From: Candidatus Kerfeldbacteria bacterium
GTDB lineage: Bacteria > Patescibacteriota > Patescibacteriia > SBBC01 > CAIJZX01
Assembly (NCBI GenBank): GCA_043766165.1
Contig: JAYUIJ010000092.1
Span: 1-40,944, forward strand
Length of the DNA: 40,944 nucleotides
Direction: 5' to 3'
In this document: one piece after another, positions 32,007-40,246 of the stretch
Layout of the letters: each line of letters opens with the position of its first letter
Position numbering within the stretch: the stretch's first letter is position 1
Program-made: the position numbers and the translations under genes
The notes under the pieces: generated by a model
The model's database searches: none
What the model saw: only the letters and a program-made list of their open reading frames with translations
Told to the model about the DNA's origin: nothing

Positions 32007-33869
32007 ATGCCTGTAACTCCTAGCGGAATGAATCCACTCCTGAAAAATATCTTAATTTTCTTCGGTTCCCTCGTGATTCTGAGTCTCGTGTTTAGTGCCA
32101 TCAACGTCAACACGGGCAAGATTAAAACCATCACCCTCGGGCAAGTGATCGAGAAAGTGAACGCCGATCAGGTCAAAACGATTGATGTAAGTGGCGACCG
32201 ACTCGATATTATCTTGAAAGACAATACGAAGTTGGTATCGCGCAAAGAACCGACTGTCGATTGGTCAACGATTGCTAAGAACTACGGCGTTGCTCCGGAA
32301 AAGCTGATCGCTGTTACCGGAACGGTAAAAGATAATTCAGGTACCATGTTCTGGTTGAATACTGTCTTACCATTTGTGCTGCCATTACTTTTGATCGGCG
32401 GATTTATTTGGTTAACCTTACGTCAAGTTCAGGGCCAGAATAATCGCGCCATGACGTTTGGTCAGGTCACACCGAAAGAATCAGACCAACCAAAAAAGAA
32501 ATCGCCGATTACCTTTAAAGATATTGCTGGCGCAGTTGAAGCTAAGGAAGAACTGGAAGAAATTGTCGAATTCTTAAAATCACCAAAACGGTTCACTGAT
32601 CTCGGCGCAAAAATTCCGAAAGGCGCGTTACTGGTTGGTCCTCCAGGTACAGGAAAAACATTGTTAGCTAAAGCGATCGCTGGTGAAGCGGACGTACCGT
32701 TCTATAATATCTCCGGTTCAGAATTCGTCGAAATGTTTGTCGGCGTTGGTGCTTCTCGCGTCCGTGATCTTTTCCGTCGCGCCAAGAAAACCGCGCCGAG
32801 CATTGTCTTCATCGACGAAATTGATGCCGTTGGTCGTCAACGCGGGGCCGGTCTCGGCGGCGGACACGATGAACGAGAACAGACGCTCAACCAGATTCTA
32901 GTGGAAATGGATGGTTTCGATACTGACACCCACGTCATTGTTATTGCGGCCACAAACCGTCCTGACATTCTTGATCCAGCCTTACTTCGACCTGGACGTT
33001 TCGACCGCCGCGTCACGATTGATTTACCAGACATCAACGAACGCGAAGCGATTTTGAAAGTGCACGCCGCCGGCAAACCGCTCGGTGCGGATGTTAATCT
33101 TCGCCGCGTGGCCGAACGAACGCCAGGATTCTCCGGAGCTGACTTAGCTAACTTGTTAAACGAAGCCGCAATTCTCACCGCTCGCGGTAATCGCACGACT
33201 GTTACGTTCGACGACTGTATTAACGCCATGGAAAAAGTTCTGCTTGGACCAGAGCGCCGCTCGAAGATGATGTCTGACAAAGAAAAGAATATTACGGCTT
33301 ACCACGAAGGTGGACACGCAGTCGTCGCCCACAGTCTCCCCGATTCCGACCCAGTCCAAAAAGTCTCAATCATTTCTCGTGGTCGCGCCGGTGGCTTCAC
33401 CATGAAAACACCAAGCGAAGACAAGAGTTACCACACGCTCAAAGAATTCAAAGCTGATCTCGCGGTCATGCTGGCCGGCCAAGTTGCCGAACGCCAAGTC
33501 TTCGACGAAGTTTCAACCGGCGCTTCAAGCGACCTCAAGCACGCTACTTCATTAGCTCGTCAAATTGTTACCCGCTACGGCATGAGCCGGCTAGGACCGC
33601 GAACGTTCGGCACACAGGAAGAAATGATTTTCCTTGGCCGCGAAATCCATGAACAACGCGACTACTCGGAAAAGGTGGCTCAAGAAATCGACACGGAAAT
33701 CAACCATCTCCTAGCGGAAGCGCAAGTCACAGCCGAGAAAATCCTGTTAAAACACCGTTCATCCCTGAACCGCATCGCCGAAGAACTCCTCGTTCGCGAA
33801 ACAATCGAACGCGAAACCTTCGAAGCGCTCCTCGGACCAAAGTCCATCGCCTCCGCGCCCGCCGCGTAG
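32007..33869 (+). CDS. ftsH: ATP-dependent zinc metalloprotease FtsH
   Basis: Two N-terminal TMs. Walker [14 protein letters not shown], Walker [32 protein letters not shown], and the zinc site HEGGHAV. Confidence 0.95.
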   Translation: MPVTPSGMNPLLKNILIFFGSLVILSLVFSAINVNTGKIKTITLGQVIEKVNADQVKTIDVSGDRLDIILKDNTKLVSRKEPTVDWSTIAKNYGVAPEKLIAVTGTVKDNSGTMFWLNTVLPFVLPLLLIGGFIWLTLRQVQGQNNRAMTFGQVTPKESDQPKKKSPITFKDIAGAVEAKEELEEIVEFLKSPKRFTDLGAKIPKGALLVGPPGTGKTLLAKAIAGEADVPFYNISGSEFVEMFVGVGASRVRDLFRRAKKTAPSIVFIDEIDAVGRQRGAGLGGGHDEREQTLNQILVEMDGFDTDTHVIVIAATNRPDILDPALLRPGRFDRRVTIDLPDINEREAILKVHAAGKPLGADVNLRRVAERTPGFSGADLANLLNEAAILTARGNRTTVTFDDCINAMEKVLLGPERRSKMMSDKEKNITAYHEGGHAVVAHSLPDSDPVQKVSIISRGRAGGFTMKTPSEDKSYHTLKEFKADLAVMLAGQVAERQVFDEVSTGASSDLKHATSLARQIVTRYGMSRLGPRTFGTQEEMIFLGREIHEQRDYSEKVAQEIDTEINHLLAEAQVTAEKILLKHRSSLNRIAEELLVRETIERETFEALLGPKSIASAPAA

Positions 33870-33879
33870 ACACTCCAGC

Positions 33880-33910
33880 ACCGATTATGGTATGCTATAA
33901 TCGGTTTTTG
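33880..33910 (+). terminator. ftsH terminator hairpin that also carries an extended -10 (TGcTATAAT) for the next gene
   Basis: accgattat-ggtatgct-ataatcggt followed by tttt. TGCTATAAT lies at 33893-33901, 29 nt before the ATG at 33930. Confidence 0.65.
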
Positions 33911-33929
33911 GTTATCTGAAACGAAAAAA

Positions 33930-34952
33930 ATGCAAATATTTAACACCATTCTCTCCTACGTCGGTATTCTCCTCTGGGTCTTCGGGATCTACTTGGTGGC
34001 TTTTTCGAAATTACGCGGCATTATCGGTCGTGCGGTCGTTGTCGTCTGGCAAAAGAAATACTTGTGGTTATTGGCTTTGTTCGCCGGTATTCCCTCCTAC
34101 GGCGGCGAAATAAATTTCCTCTTCCGCAAGCTGAATACCGTGACGTCGCTACAGTCATGGCTCAATGGTTTCCGCAACGCGATTGTCGGCGGTGACGTTG
34201 AACGCCTCTGGCGCGCTTCAAAGACCTTGTGGGTACACAATTTCGGTACACTCGCCGGCTACCTCGGCATCTTTCTCCTCATCTTCGCAGTCTTGACCTG
34301 GTTAGTTATCATGTCGCAAGCCGCCATCGTCCGCGTCGTTGGTCGCCTGCAGCAAAACAAACCAACCGGACTAATTGACGGTCTCACGATCGGCGTTGAG
34401 AAATTCTGGACGCTCGTTCAACTCAATATTATCGGTTTGCTCGTTGGCTGGGCCGCGTGGGTAATCTTAACGGCAGTGCCAGCCGCAATTTATTTGTTGA
34501 ATCATGCGAACGGTTGGTCATTCGTGGCCTTCATCGGTTCACTACTCTCAATCGTTGTCAGTGTAATTGTTATTTTCTTAGTCCAATTCTCAACCGCCAA
34601 CATTGTCCTCAACGATACGAAATTGATGCCGGCCATGGTTGATAGCTGGCGCTTGTTCAAAAGCTACATGGTCCCAAGTTTAGAAATGGCCATTGCCGTC
34701 TTTACGATCAACCTCACGATTTCCTCCGTCGTCGTCAGCCAAGTCGTAACCACCATCACACCGTTTACCTTAGCTGGCTTCCTAACTATCCTAGCGATTA
34801 TCATCCTGCTCTACGTTCTCCTCAGCGCGCTCAGCTTTACGGCCTGGACCATGTTCTATCTCCAGCTAGTGGCCGGAAAGTCTGATAGCAAACTCGGCCA
34901 ATGGACCAACCGCCTAGTGAATTTCTCCGGACAGAAGCGGGCGGTGAGTTAG
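33930..34952 (+). CDS. polytopic integral membrane protein, function unknown
   Basis: 340 aa with about 7 long hydrophobic segments. No catalytic motif recognised. Confidence 0.65.
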   Translation: MQIFNTILSYVGILLWVFGIYLVAFSKLRGIIGRAVVVVWQKKYLWLLALFAGIPSYGGEINFLFRKLNTVTSLQSWLNGFRNAIVGGDVERLWRASKTLWVHNFGTLAGYLGIFLLIFAVLTWLVIMSQAAIVRVVGRLQQNKPTGLIDGLTIGVEKFWTLVQLNIIGLLVGWAAWVILTAVPAAIYLLNHANGWSFVAFIGSLLSIVVSVIVIFLVQFSTANIVLNDTKLMPAMVDSWRLFKSYMVPSLEMAIAVFTINLTISSVVVSQVVTTITPFTLAGFLTILAIIILLYVLLSALSFTAWTMFYLQLVAGKSDSKLGQWTNRLVNFSGQKRAVS

Positions 34953-35015
34953 ACTTGAAATCTGTTGGCGCCGGTGGTACACTCCGGCTGCTTTGGTATT
35001 TTCACTATTACTGGG

Positions 35016-35092
35016 GGGCGGGTAGCTCAGTTGGTTAGAGCAGTCGTCTTATACACGACCGGTCGATGGTTCGAGTCCATCCTCGCCCACCA
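35016..35092 (+). tRNA. tRNA-Ile (anticodon UAU), CCA encoded
   Basis: Hand fold: acceptor GGGCGGG/CTCGCCC (one G-U), D arm GCTC-AGTTGGTTA-GAGC, anticodon stem GTCGT/ACGAC with loop CTTATAC (TAT at 35050-35052), T arm GATGG-TTCGAGT-CCATC, then ACCA. Confidence 0.85.
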
Positions 35093-35131
35093 ATAGTGGT
35101 GAAATCACCATAATCCGCAACATTGGTAAAC

Positions 35132-35160
35132 AAAAAAGAACCGTCATCTGCCATGACGGT
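35132..35160 (-). terminator. intrinsic terminator of 35189..35617
   Basis: Minus strand accgtcat-ggcag-atgacggt followed by tctttttt. Confidence 0.7.
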
Positions 35161-35188
35161 GTGTTGTGATATGTCTAGCTCAAGTAAC

Positions 35189-35617
35189 TTAGTGAGAACG
35201 AACCCTTCGCACTGGAAGGTTAGCCATCTCATTGAAGAACGCGATAAACTTTTGCTGGCGCAGATGTGTAGCCGATCGAATCGGTTCCTTTTTTTCCGGC
35301 GCCGCAAGAATGAGGAGAAATGATCGTAGTTGCCGGTTGAGTTCCACTTCATTCTTGATTTGAATGTCAGCATAAGCCATGAGGCGTCGCGCCAATGCCC
35401 GTGTGGTTCGACGCTGTTCAGCTGATGAGCTCTTTACCGCCCATGCATCACCTAAAGCCAGATGAAGGAAGAAGCGCAGGTCAGCAACAAGGCCCAGAGG
35501 AACATGTGCTAACGGATAACGACTCTTTGTTTGATCGGGTCTAATGTAATCGACTAGAAGTGTTCCAGGCACTCCCCAACGGCTATCATGCATAACCCCA
35601 GATCGTACTTTCGACAT
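35189..35617 (-). CDS. hypothetical protein, 142 aa
   Basis: AAGGAGG lies 5 nt before the ATG. It has its own promoter (TTGACA-17-TAGAGT at about 35660-35690). No family recognised. Confidence 0.55.
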   Translation of the reverse strand: MSKVRSGVMHDSRWGVPGTLLVDYIRPDQTKSRYPLAHVPLGLVADLRFFLHLALGDAWAVKSSSAEQRRTTRALARRLMAYADIQIKNEVELNRQLRSFLLILAAPEKKEPIRSATHLRQQKFIAFFNEMANLPVRRVRSH

Positions 35618-35740
35618 AGTTACCTCCTTGAGTTTTGGAAAGGTACAAATATATCAAGACTCTACTTTCGATCAGAAGAGCTGTCAAGCGTCTGAATTAA
35701 ACTTAAAATAGTACAGTAACTCTATCACATATTGATTAAT

Positions 35741-35770
35741 AAAAAAATCGCGAAACAAGTGTTTCGCGAT
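35741..35770 (-). terminator. intrinsic terminator of 35777..36325
   Basis: Perfect 10-bp stem atcgcgaaac-N4-gtttcgcgat followed by ttttttt on the minus strand. Confidence 0.75.
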
Positions 35771-35776
35771 AGAGTT

Positions 35777-36325
35777 TTACTCATCTTCAGAAGAAGATCC
35801 GTCTTCGTAGTCATCGAGTTGTCGGTTGACTCGAAGAATATCTTCAAAGCTATCAATGGGTGGAAACCGATCAGGTCTCGGACCCGTAGGTTTAACGACA
35901 CGCACTTCCATGAAACTAGCGCGTGGTGGTTTACCAAGTGCCACTCCCAGGAGAATACGACAAAGTGAACATTCACGCAGATGACGATCAGCTAGTAGTC
36001 GCTGCATGGGGTTCATGTTGCGACGGAATGCTGGATCCGTCATTTTCTCAAGAACGTTGTTTGAAATGTGATTGCCTCGCAGCAGATCCTGAAGATTCAA
36101 TTCGCTGAGCCAATTAGGCATCAAACTTTGCGCATGAAGCAAGTCAATTGCTTTTTCAAGCTTCTCAGGATTTGACAATGCGTTGAGTCGAGCTGGGTTA
36201 TGTGTCAGAACGTATTTCCTGACAACCTCATGGAAAGCCGTTAGTGCCGGAGTGGCTGCTTTCAACTTTTTAGCTTCATTTTCCTCCGCGATAGCTTTTG
36301 CATCAAAATTCTTACGTCGAGCCAT
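35777..36325 (-). CDS. hypothetical protein, 182 aa, acidic C-terminus
   Basis: AGGAGG lies 5 nt before the ATG (MARRKNFDAK...). It has its own TTGACA promoter near 36385-36412. No family recognised. Confidence 0.55.
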   Translation of the reverse strand: MARRKNFDAKAIAEENEAKKLKAATPALTAFHEVVRKYVLTHNPARLNALSNPEKLEKAIDLLHAQSLMPNWLSELNLQDLLRGNHISNNVLEKMTDPAFRRNMNPMQRLLADRHLRECSLCRILLGVALGKPPRASFMEVRVVKPTGPRPDRFPPIDSFEDILRVNRQLDDYEDGSSSEDE

Positions 36326-36482
36326 GTTTTTCCTCCTGACAAGTGAAGGGAGAGATTGTAAAGGAGCAGGATGAAACTATACAAAAACTACTAATTTGTC
36401 AAGTCTTGGCATGTGCACTAAGCATTTGCTACCCACAAAGCCCTTGAACGATTTTGCTAAATACGATACAGTGTTCCGGCAT

Positions 36483-36559
36483 GGGCGGTTAGCTCAGATG
36501 GTTAGAGCGCCACATTGACATTGTGGAGGTCAGAGGTTCGATTCCTCTATCGCCCACCA
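36483..36559 (+). tRNA. tRNA-Val (anticodon GAC), CCA encoded
   Basis: Acceptor GGGCGGT/ATCGCCC (one G-U), D arm GCTC-AGATGGTTA-GAGC, anticodon stem CCACA/TGTGG with loop TTGACAT, T arm AGAGG-TTCGATT-CCTCT. Promoter TTGAAC-17-TACAGT lies upstream. Confidence 0.9.
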
Positions 36560-36598
36560 GGCAAAAATCACTATGATACCGATACATCGGCTATCTTG

Positions 36599-36607
36599 TG
36601 GTATCAT
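36599..36607 (+). promoter_or_regulatory. extended -10 (TGgTATCAT) 6 nt before the ATG: leaderless candidate
   Basis: tggtatcat-tctccc-ATG(36614). Confidence 0.45.
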
Positions 36608-36613
36608 TCTCCC

Positions 36614-37381
36614 ATGCCGAAGCACCCCAAACTCCACCACTTTTTCTGGAATTCCTACTATACGCCGTTGATTGCCGTCGTGCTGGTGGCCGGTATTATT
36701 TTGTTATTACCGAAGCACAAGGCTGAGTCGACACATGAAGTAGCTGTTGATCATTCAGCGGTGACCATTACGACGACGGATGGTATCAAATTGGCGGCTA
36801 CCCTAAAAACACCAACCAAAGCGACCTTAGCGCCAGTTGTCATCCTGCTCCACCAATACGGTTACGATCGACATGAATGGGATGCGTATCTCCAAAAATT
36901 CCTTGACGCTGGCTTTATCACGCTCAGTTACGATATGCGCGGTTTTGGCCAGAGCCCACTCAAAACAATTCCAGCTAATCAGCAAGACCACCTTAGTAGT
37001 TTGATCAAAGACTTGCCAGCGGTGGTTGCCTATGTTAAAACTGTGCCTCACGTAAACGCACAGCGGATTACTATCGTCGGTGCTTCAGTCGGCGCGGGCG
37101 TGGCGTACGTTGCTAACGGTGATGCGTTAGGTATTCATCGGACGGTGTTGTTATCGCCAACCGTGATTGGCATAGCTTTCGATGGACATACAATTACAAA
37201 CTTTTTACCTACGGGCGTTTTCGGCATTGCTTCAACCTCCGAACAAACTGATCTCACCATCTTCATGAGCAAAGTCCACGACCCAAAACAACAGCAAATC
37301 GTTCCGCAAGGCGGGCACGGTGTAGATTTATTAAAATCTCCCGGCGTACTCGAATCGGTTATTTCATGGATCAAGCAATGA
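36614..37381 (+). CDS. alpha/beta-fold hydrolase with N-terminal membrane anchor
   Basis: Anchor TPLIAVVLVAGIILLL. HQYGYDRHEW, nucleophile elbow IVGASVGAG (G-x-S-x-G), and C-terminal GGHGVDLL. The ORF-track start at 36515 lies inside tRNA-Val. Confidence 0.75.
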   Translation: MPKHPKLHHFFWNSYYTPLIAVVLVAGIILLLPKHKAESTHEVAVDHSAVTITTTDGIKLAATLKTPTKATLAPVVILLHQYGYDRHEWDAYLQKFLDAGFITLSYDMRGFGQSPLKTIPANQQDHLSSLIKDLPAVVAYVKTVPHVNAQRITIVGASVGAGVAYVANGDALGIHRTVLLSPTVIGIAFDGHTITNFLPTGVFGIASTSEQTDLTIFMSKVHDPKQQQIVPQGGHGVDLLKSPGVLESVISWIKQ

Positions 37382-38310
37382 GTAACGAACAAACCATTGT
37401 CGTCCCAACTTCGCAGCCGCCAGTCCGGCTCGACGTTTTTCTGGTTCGTCATGCCGACCTGTCGCGATCAAAAATCCAAGCCGCGATTAAAGATGGCCGG
37501 GTCACGGTCAACGGCAAAGTGACGAAAGTTCACCACACCGTTCGCGCGGGTGACACTGTTGTTGTAAACGATCTGGATGTCCAACTTATCAAAGAAGCAA
37601 AAATTTCGGCCGAACATGAGCCAGTAATTTTAGAAGAAGATGAAAATTATCTCGTGGTCAACAAACCATCCGGATTAGTGACCCACGGCGGTCCACAAAT
37701 TCGTGAATTTTCTTTAGCCGATTGGGCGGTGCAACACGATAAAAAAATTGCTGAGGTTGGCGACCAACCGCAAATCCGTCCGGGCATTGTCCACCGCTTA
37801 GATAAAGATGTCTCCGGTGTGATGGTCATCGCCAAAACGCAAGCTGCCTTCGAAGATTTAAAAAAACAGTTTCAGAATCATAGCATTGATAAACAATATT
37901 TAGCCTTAGCCTTTGGTCGCATCACCGCCGACAGTGGCCGAATTGATTTTGCAATTGCCCGCAGTCCAAGCAAATCAGGCTTGATGGTCGCCCGTCCAAA
38001 AAGTACTGAAGGCAAAGCGGCTGAAACGCATTTCCGGGTAGACCGATTTGTCGGCGGTAACACGCTGGTTCGTGTTCGGACACTCACCGGTCGAACGCAC
38101 CAAATCCGTGTTCACTTTAAAGCGGTTGGTCATCCGCTCGTCGGCGATCCCCTCTACAAAATTCGCCGTTTAAAGCTAGAAAAAGTTCCAGCCCCGCGTG
38201 TCTTTCTCCACGCCGAACGTTTAGCCTTTGACGATCTCGCCGGCAACCGTCGCGAATTTACCGCGCCATTGCCAGCCGATTTGCAGAAGTTTTTGTCAAA
38301 AGCTGGTTAA
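37378..38310 (+). CDS. rluD: RluA/RluD-family 23S rRNA pseudouridine synthase
   Basis: N-terminal S4 domain (RLDVFLV...SRSKIQAAIKDGRVTVNG), catalytic HRLDKDVSGVMVIAK, and GRTHQIRVH. The ATG at 37378 overlaps the upstream stop (ATGA); an alternative ATG is at 37366. Confidence 0.88.
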   Translation: MSNEQTIVVPTSQPPVRLDVFLVRHADLSRSKIQAAIKDGRVTVNGKVTKVHHTVRAGDTVVVNDLDVQLIKEAKISAEHEPVILEEDENYLVVNKPSGLVTHGGPQIREFSLADWAVQHDKKIAEVGDQPQIRPGIVHRLDKDVSGVMVIAKTQAAFEDLKKQFQNHSIDKQYLALAFGRITADSGRIDFAIARSPSKSGLMVARPKSTEGKAAETHFRVDRFVGGNTLVRVRTLTGRTHQIRVHFKAVGHPLVGDPLYKIRRLKLEKVPAPRVFLHAERLAFDDLAGNRREFTAPLPADLQKFLSKAG

Positions 38311-38325
38311 AAAAACCATTGCTCC

Positions 38326-38354
38326 TTGACCAAACACCCTATCCCTGGTAGAGT
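38326..38354 (+). promoter_or_regulatory. sigma70-type promoter for rplS
   Basis: TTGACC, 17 nt, TAGAGT. The ORF track reads the -35 TTG as a start codon. Confidence 0.55.
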
Positions 38355-38382
38355 CCAGTGGCGATTTTTCAATTACATTCCT

Positions 38383-38706
38383 ATGACCGATACAGTTAAA
38401 GAAATCCCGAATTTGCAGCCAGGCCAGACCGTCCGTGTCCATCAGACGATTAAGGAAGGCGAAAAGAGCCGCACCCAGATTTTTGAAGGTTTAGTCATCG
38501 CCCGCAAAGGTGGTAATGGCATTAATGGAACCGTTATGGTGCGTCGCATTTCAGAGGGCATTGCCGTCGAACGCATTTGGCCAATTCATTCACCAATGAT
38601 TACCAAGTTTGAAATTCTTCGAACCGGAAAAGTCCGCCGCGCGAAACTCTACCACCTCCGGAAGAAGAACGCCCGTCAGCCGAAAGAGTTGAAGGACAAG
38701 AAATAA
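38383..38706 (+). CDS. rplS: 50S ribosomal protein L19
   Basis: [79 protein letters not shown]. Confidence 0.92.
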   Translation: MTDTVKEIPNLQPGQTVRVHQTIKEGEKSRTQIFEGLVIARKGGNGINGTVMVRRISEGIAVERIWPIHSPMITKFEILRTGKVRRAKLYHLRKKNARQPKELKDKK

Positions 38707-38722
38707 CTTTCTAGGAAACATG

Positions 38723-38745
38723 AACCGGGTAACACCGGTTTTTTG
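38723..38745 (+). terminator. intrinsic terminator after rplS
   Basis: aaccgg-gtaaca-ccggtt followed by tttt. Confidence 0.7.
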
Positions 38746-38818
38746 GTGTTTGAAAAAATCAATTTTTTCCTAACTTCTATAATAGAACCTTTAATCCTTG
38801 TCCTTATACAGCCGCTGC

Positions 38819-38887
38819 CCCTGCCTGCCGGCAGGCAGGGTGGGGGCATTCTTTTTCTCCTTGATCCTTCGATAAACTCAGGACAGG
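38819..38887 (+). repeat. composite repeat: 22-nt perfect palindrome plus degenerate U-type unit, copy 1
   Basis: ccctgcctgccggcaggcaggg (38819-38840) and gatccttcgataaactcaggacagg (38863-38887). The same pair in the same order recurs at 39770-39818. Confidence 0.7.
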
Positions 38888-39069
38888 TGAGAAAGAGAAT
38901 CAGAAAGAATCTCCGCCCGCGGCGGATCCGCCCAGTTAATATAACTGCTCGACTGGTGGCGGAAAGTCCTGCCCAAACTCGCATCGGCAGTAGTGGTAAG
39001 AGAAGTATGTGCTGCTCGCCCCAGTGGTCAGGACGGGAATGCAAATGCTCGAGACAAAGAGGTAGATAA

Positions 39070-39233
39070 AAAATGCAAAGGGATTGTACTTGGATAGGGA
39101 TTGCCGTGTACTTTCCAGTCCGCGGTGCCGCAAAGCTCGGAGAAGATCATGTGTGACATAGATTTTGGAACATCGGGGATTATTACAACGTCACAACGCA
39201 CCCAATGGTGGGTACATTGCGGTACTTATATTA
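39070..39233 (-). repeat. structured noncoding element, copy C (minus orientation)
   Basis: The minus strand reads TAATAT, then hairpin cgcaatgtaccca-ccat-tgggtgcgttgtg followed by acgt (plus coordinates 39192-39221). It also carries accgcggactg (rc of 39116-39126) and caatcccttt (rc of 39077-39086), collinear with copy A. Confidence 0.5.
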
Positions 39234-39294
39234 GTCCCTCCTAGGCCTTGAAAAAAAATCCTCCTGTGCTATTCTATGGCAGCCATATCTATAT

Positions 39295-39380
39295 GCGGAC
39301 GTGGCGGAATGGCATACGCGCTAGCTTGAGGTGCTAGTTCCCGCAAGGGATTGGAGGTTCGACTCCTCTCGTCCGCACCA
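39295..39380 (+). tRNA. tRNA-Leu (anticodon GAG), long variable arm, CCA encoded
   Basis: Acceptor GCGGACG/CGTCCGC, anticodon stem CTAGC/GCTAG with loop TTGAGGT, variable arm TTCCCGCAAGGGATT, T arm GGAGG-TTCGACT-CCTCT. TGcTATTCT lies upstream. Confidence 0.9.
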
Positions 39381-39411
39381 ATACATGACAATCCCCTTGA
39401 AGGGTATGTTG

Positions 39412-39420
39412 TGTTAGAAT
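39412..39420 (+). promoter_or_regulatory. extended -10 (TGtTAGAAT) 6 nt before the ATG: leaderless candidate
   Basis: tgttagaat-acattc-ATG(39427). Confidence 0.5.
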
Positions 39421-39426
39421 ACATTC

Positions 39427-39705
39427 ATGAATGAAAATTTTCGTAGGTCAGAATCAGAACACGCCCGTGGTGTCTTATCAGTCACTGAAGAAAATCGCCA
39501 CTATGTTATTTCTATTCGCTGGGTTGATGGTACAGAGTCCACGATGTATGTCCCAATGACTGAATTTGATGTGGTTAATCCACAAACACATCACCGCATT
39601 CGAAAGTTAACCGGCAAAGAGGCAGTACAGATTCTCAAAGATCATACGGCCGAACTTCATCGCGAAGAGTTTTCTTGGGAAAAGTTTTTACCGGAGCAAA
39701 AGTAA
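39427..39705 (+). CDS. small hypothetical protein, 92 aa
   Basis: Clean ORF directly behind an extended -10. No family recognised. Confidence 0.5.
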   Translation: MNENFRRSESEHARGVLSVTEENRHYVISIRWVDGTESTMYVPMTEFDVVNPQTHHRIRKLTGKEAVQILKDHTAELHREEFSWEKFLPEQK

Positions 39706-39769
39706 AAATCAATAAAAACAAAATACTGCGCAACCAGTTACGCGTATATTGTCTTTGGTGGACCCTACC

Positions 39770-39818
39770 GCCTGCCTGCCGGTAGGCAGGGTCTTGAATA
39801 CTTCGATACGGCTCAGGA
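39770..39818 (+). repeat. composite repeat: palindrome plus degenerate U-type unit, copy 2
   Basis: cctgcctgccggtaggcaggg (39770-39790) and acttcgatacggctcaggat (39799-39818). Confidence 0.7.
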
Positions 39819-39889
39819 TATCGCCGGTCACCTCCGCGTTGTCCCGTCCAATAAAATATTTAAACGTATTCTTGCGGGATCCTGCCCCG

Positions 39890-39964
39890 ATGGTGAACCG
39901 TGCCGGGCTCGAACCGGCCACCTCTGCCTTGCAAAGGCAGCGCTCTACCATTGAGCTATCCAGG
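39890..39964 (-). tRNA. tRNA-Cys(GCA)-like gene with non-pairing acceptor stem (possible pseudogene or chimera)
   Basis: Minus strand: GCCTGGA-TA-GCTC-AATGGTA-GAGC-G-CTGCC-TTTGCAA-GGCAG-AGGTG-GCCGG-TTCGAGC-CCGGC-ACGGTTC-A-CCA. The D, anticodon and T arms are perfect, but 5' GCCTGGA cannot pair with 3' ACGGTTC. Confidence 0.5.
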
Positions 39965-39987
39965 CGTGGCACCAAAGAAATGTACGA

Positions 39988-40011
39988 GGCTCTACCGATG
40001 AGCTACCTAGG
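39988..40011 (-). pseudogene. isolated tRNA 5'-half fragment (acceptor strand plus D arm)
   Basis: The minus strand reads GCCTAGG-TA-GCTC-ATCGGTA-GAGC, 23 nt upstream of the tRNA-Cys-like gene. It matches that gene's 5' half at 20/24 positions, and no anticodon or T arm follows. Confidence 0.5.
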
Positions 40012-40246
40012 CAAAGACACCAGGCGGAAAGACAAATAGTAATTGTGAGGGGCTGGGTTACTCAGCCTTACAGCGGTACTCTACCGCAGGGCTTTTCAGG
40101 GTATTTACCAGAGTATTGCACGGACTTGATCATTGACCTGCCCGAGTAGATGTGAAAAATGCTCCGACAGAATACCATGTCGGAATGAATGAATCAAGCA
40201 GTTACCATGTGAAAACAAACATCCTGAGTATGTGTGTAGTTTCTAC

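Noticed and set aside
38958-38974. ggcggaaagtcctgccc resembles the RNase P RNA CR-I/P4 5' strand (GAGGAAAGUCCGGGC). ggaacatcggggattattacaacg at about 39167-39190 loosely resembles the P4 3' region of type B RNase P.
   Set aside because: The putative P4 strands pair poorly, with G-A at the conserved G-C. No P3 hairpin lies directly upstream and no ACAGAA or GGUAAG-type J-regions are in register. GTCCTG pairs locally with CAGGAC at about 39029-39034 instead. The 3' part belongs to a repeat (copy C) with homologs elsewhere in the window. This still needs a cmsearch to be definitive.
38676-39133. ORFs 38743-39069 (plus strand), 38676-39044 (minus strand) and 38936-39133 (minus strand).
   Set aside because: Their peptides are read-outs of the palindromic repeats (PLPAGRQGG, DPSINSGQV). 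They lack SDs and overlap each other on both strands.
39709-40039. ORFs 39709-39975 (minus strand) and 39749-40039 (plus strand).
   Set aside because: They translate the tRNA-Cys-like gene, the P/U repeats and the tRNA 5'-half fragment (SSMVERC...VAGSSPA is the classic tRNA read-through peptide).
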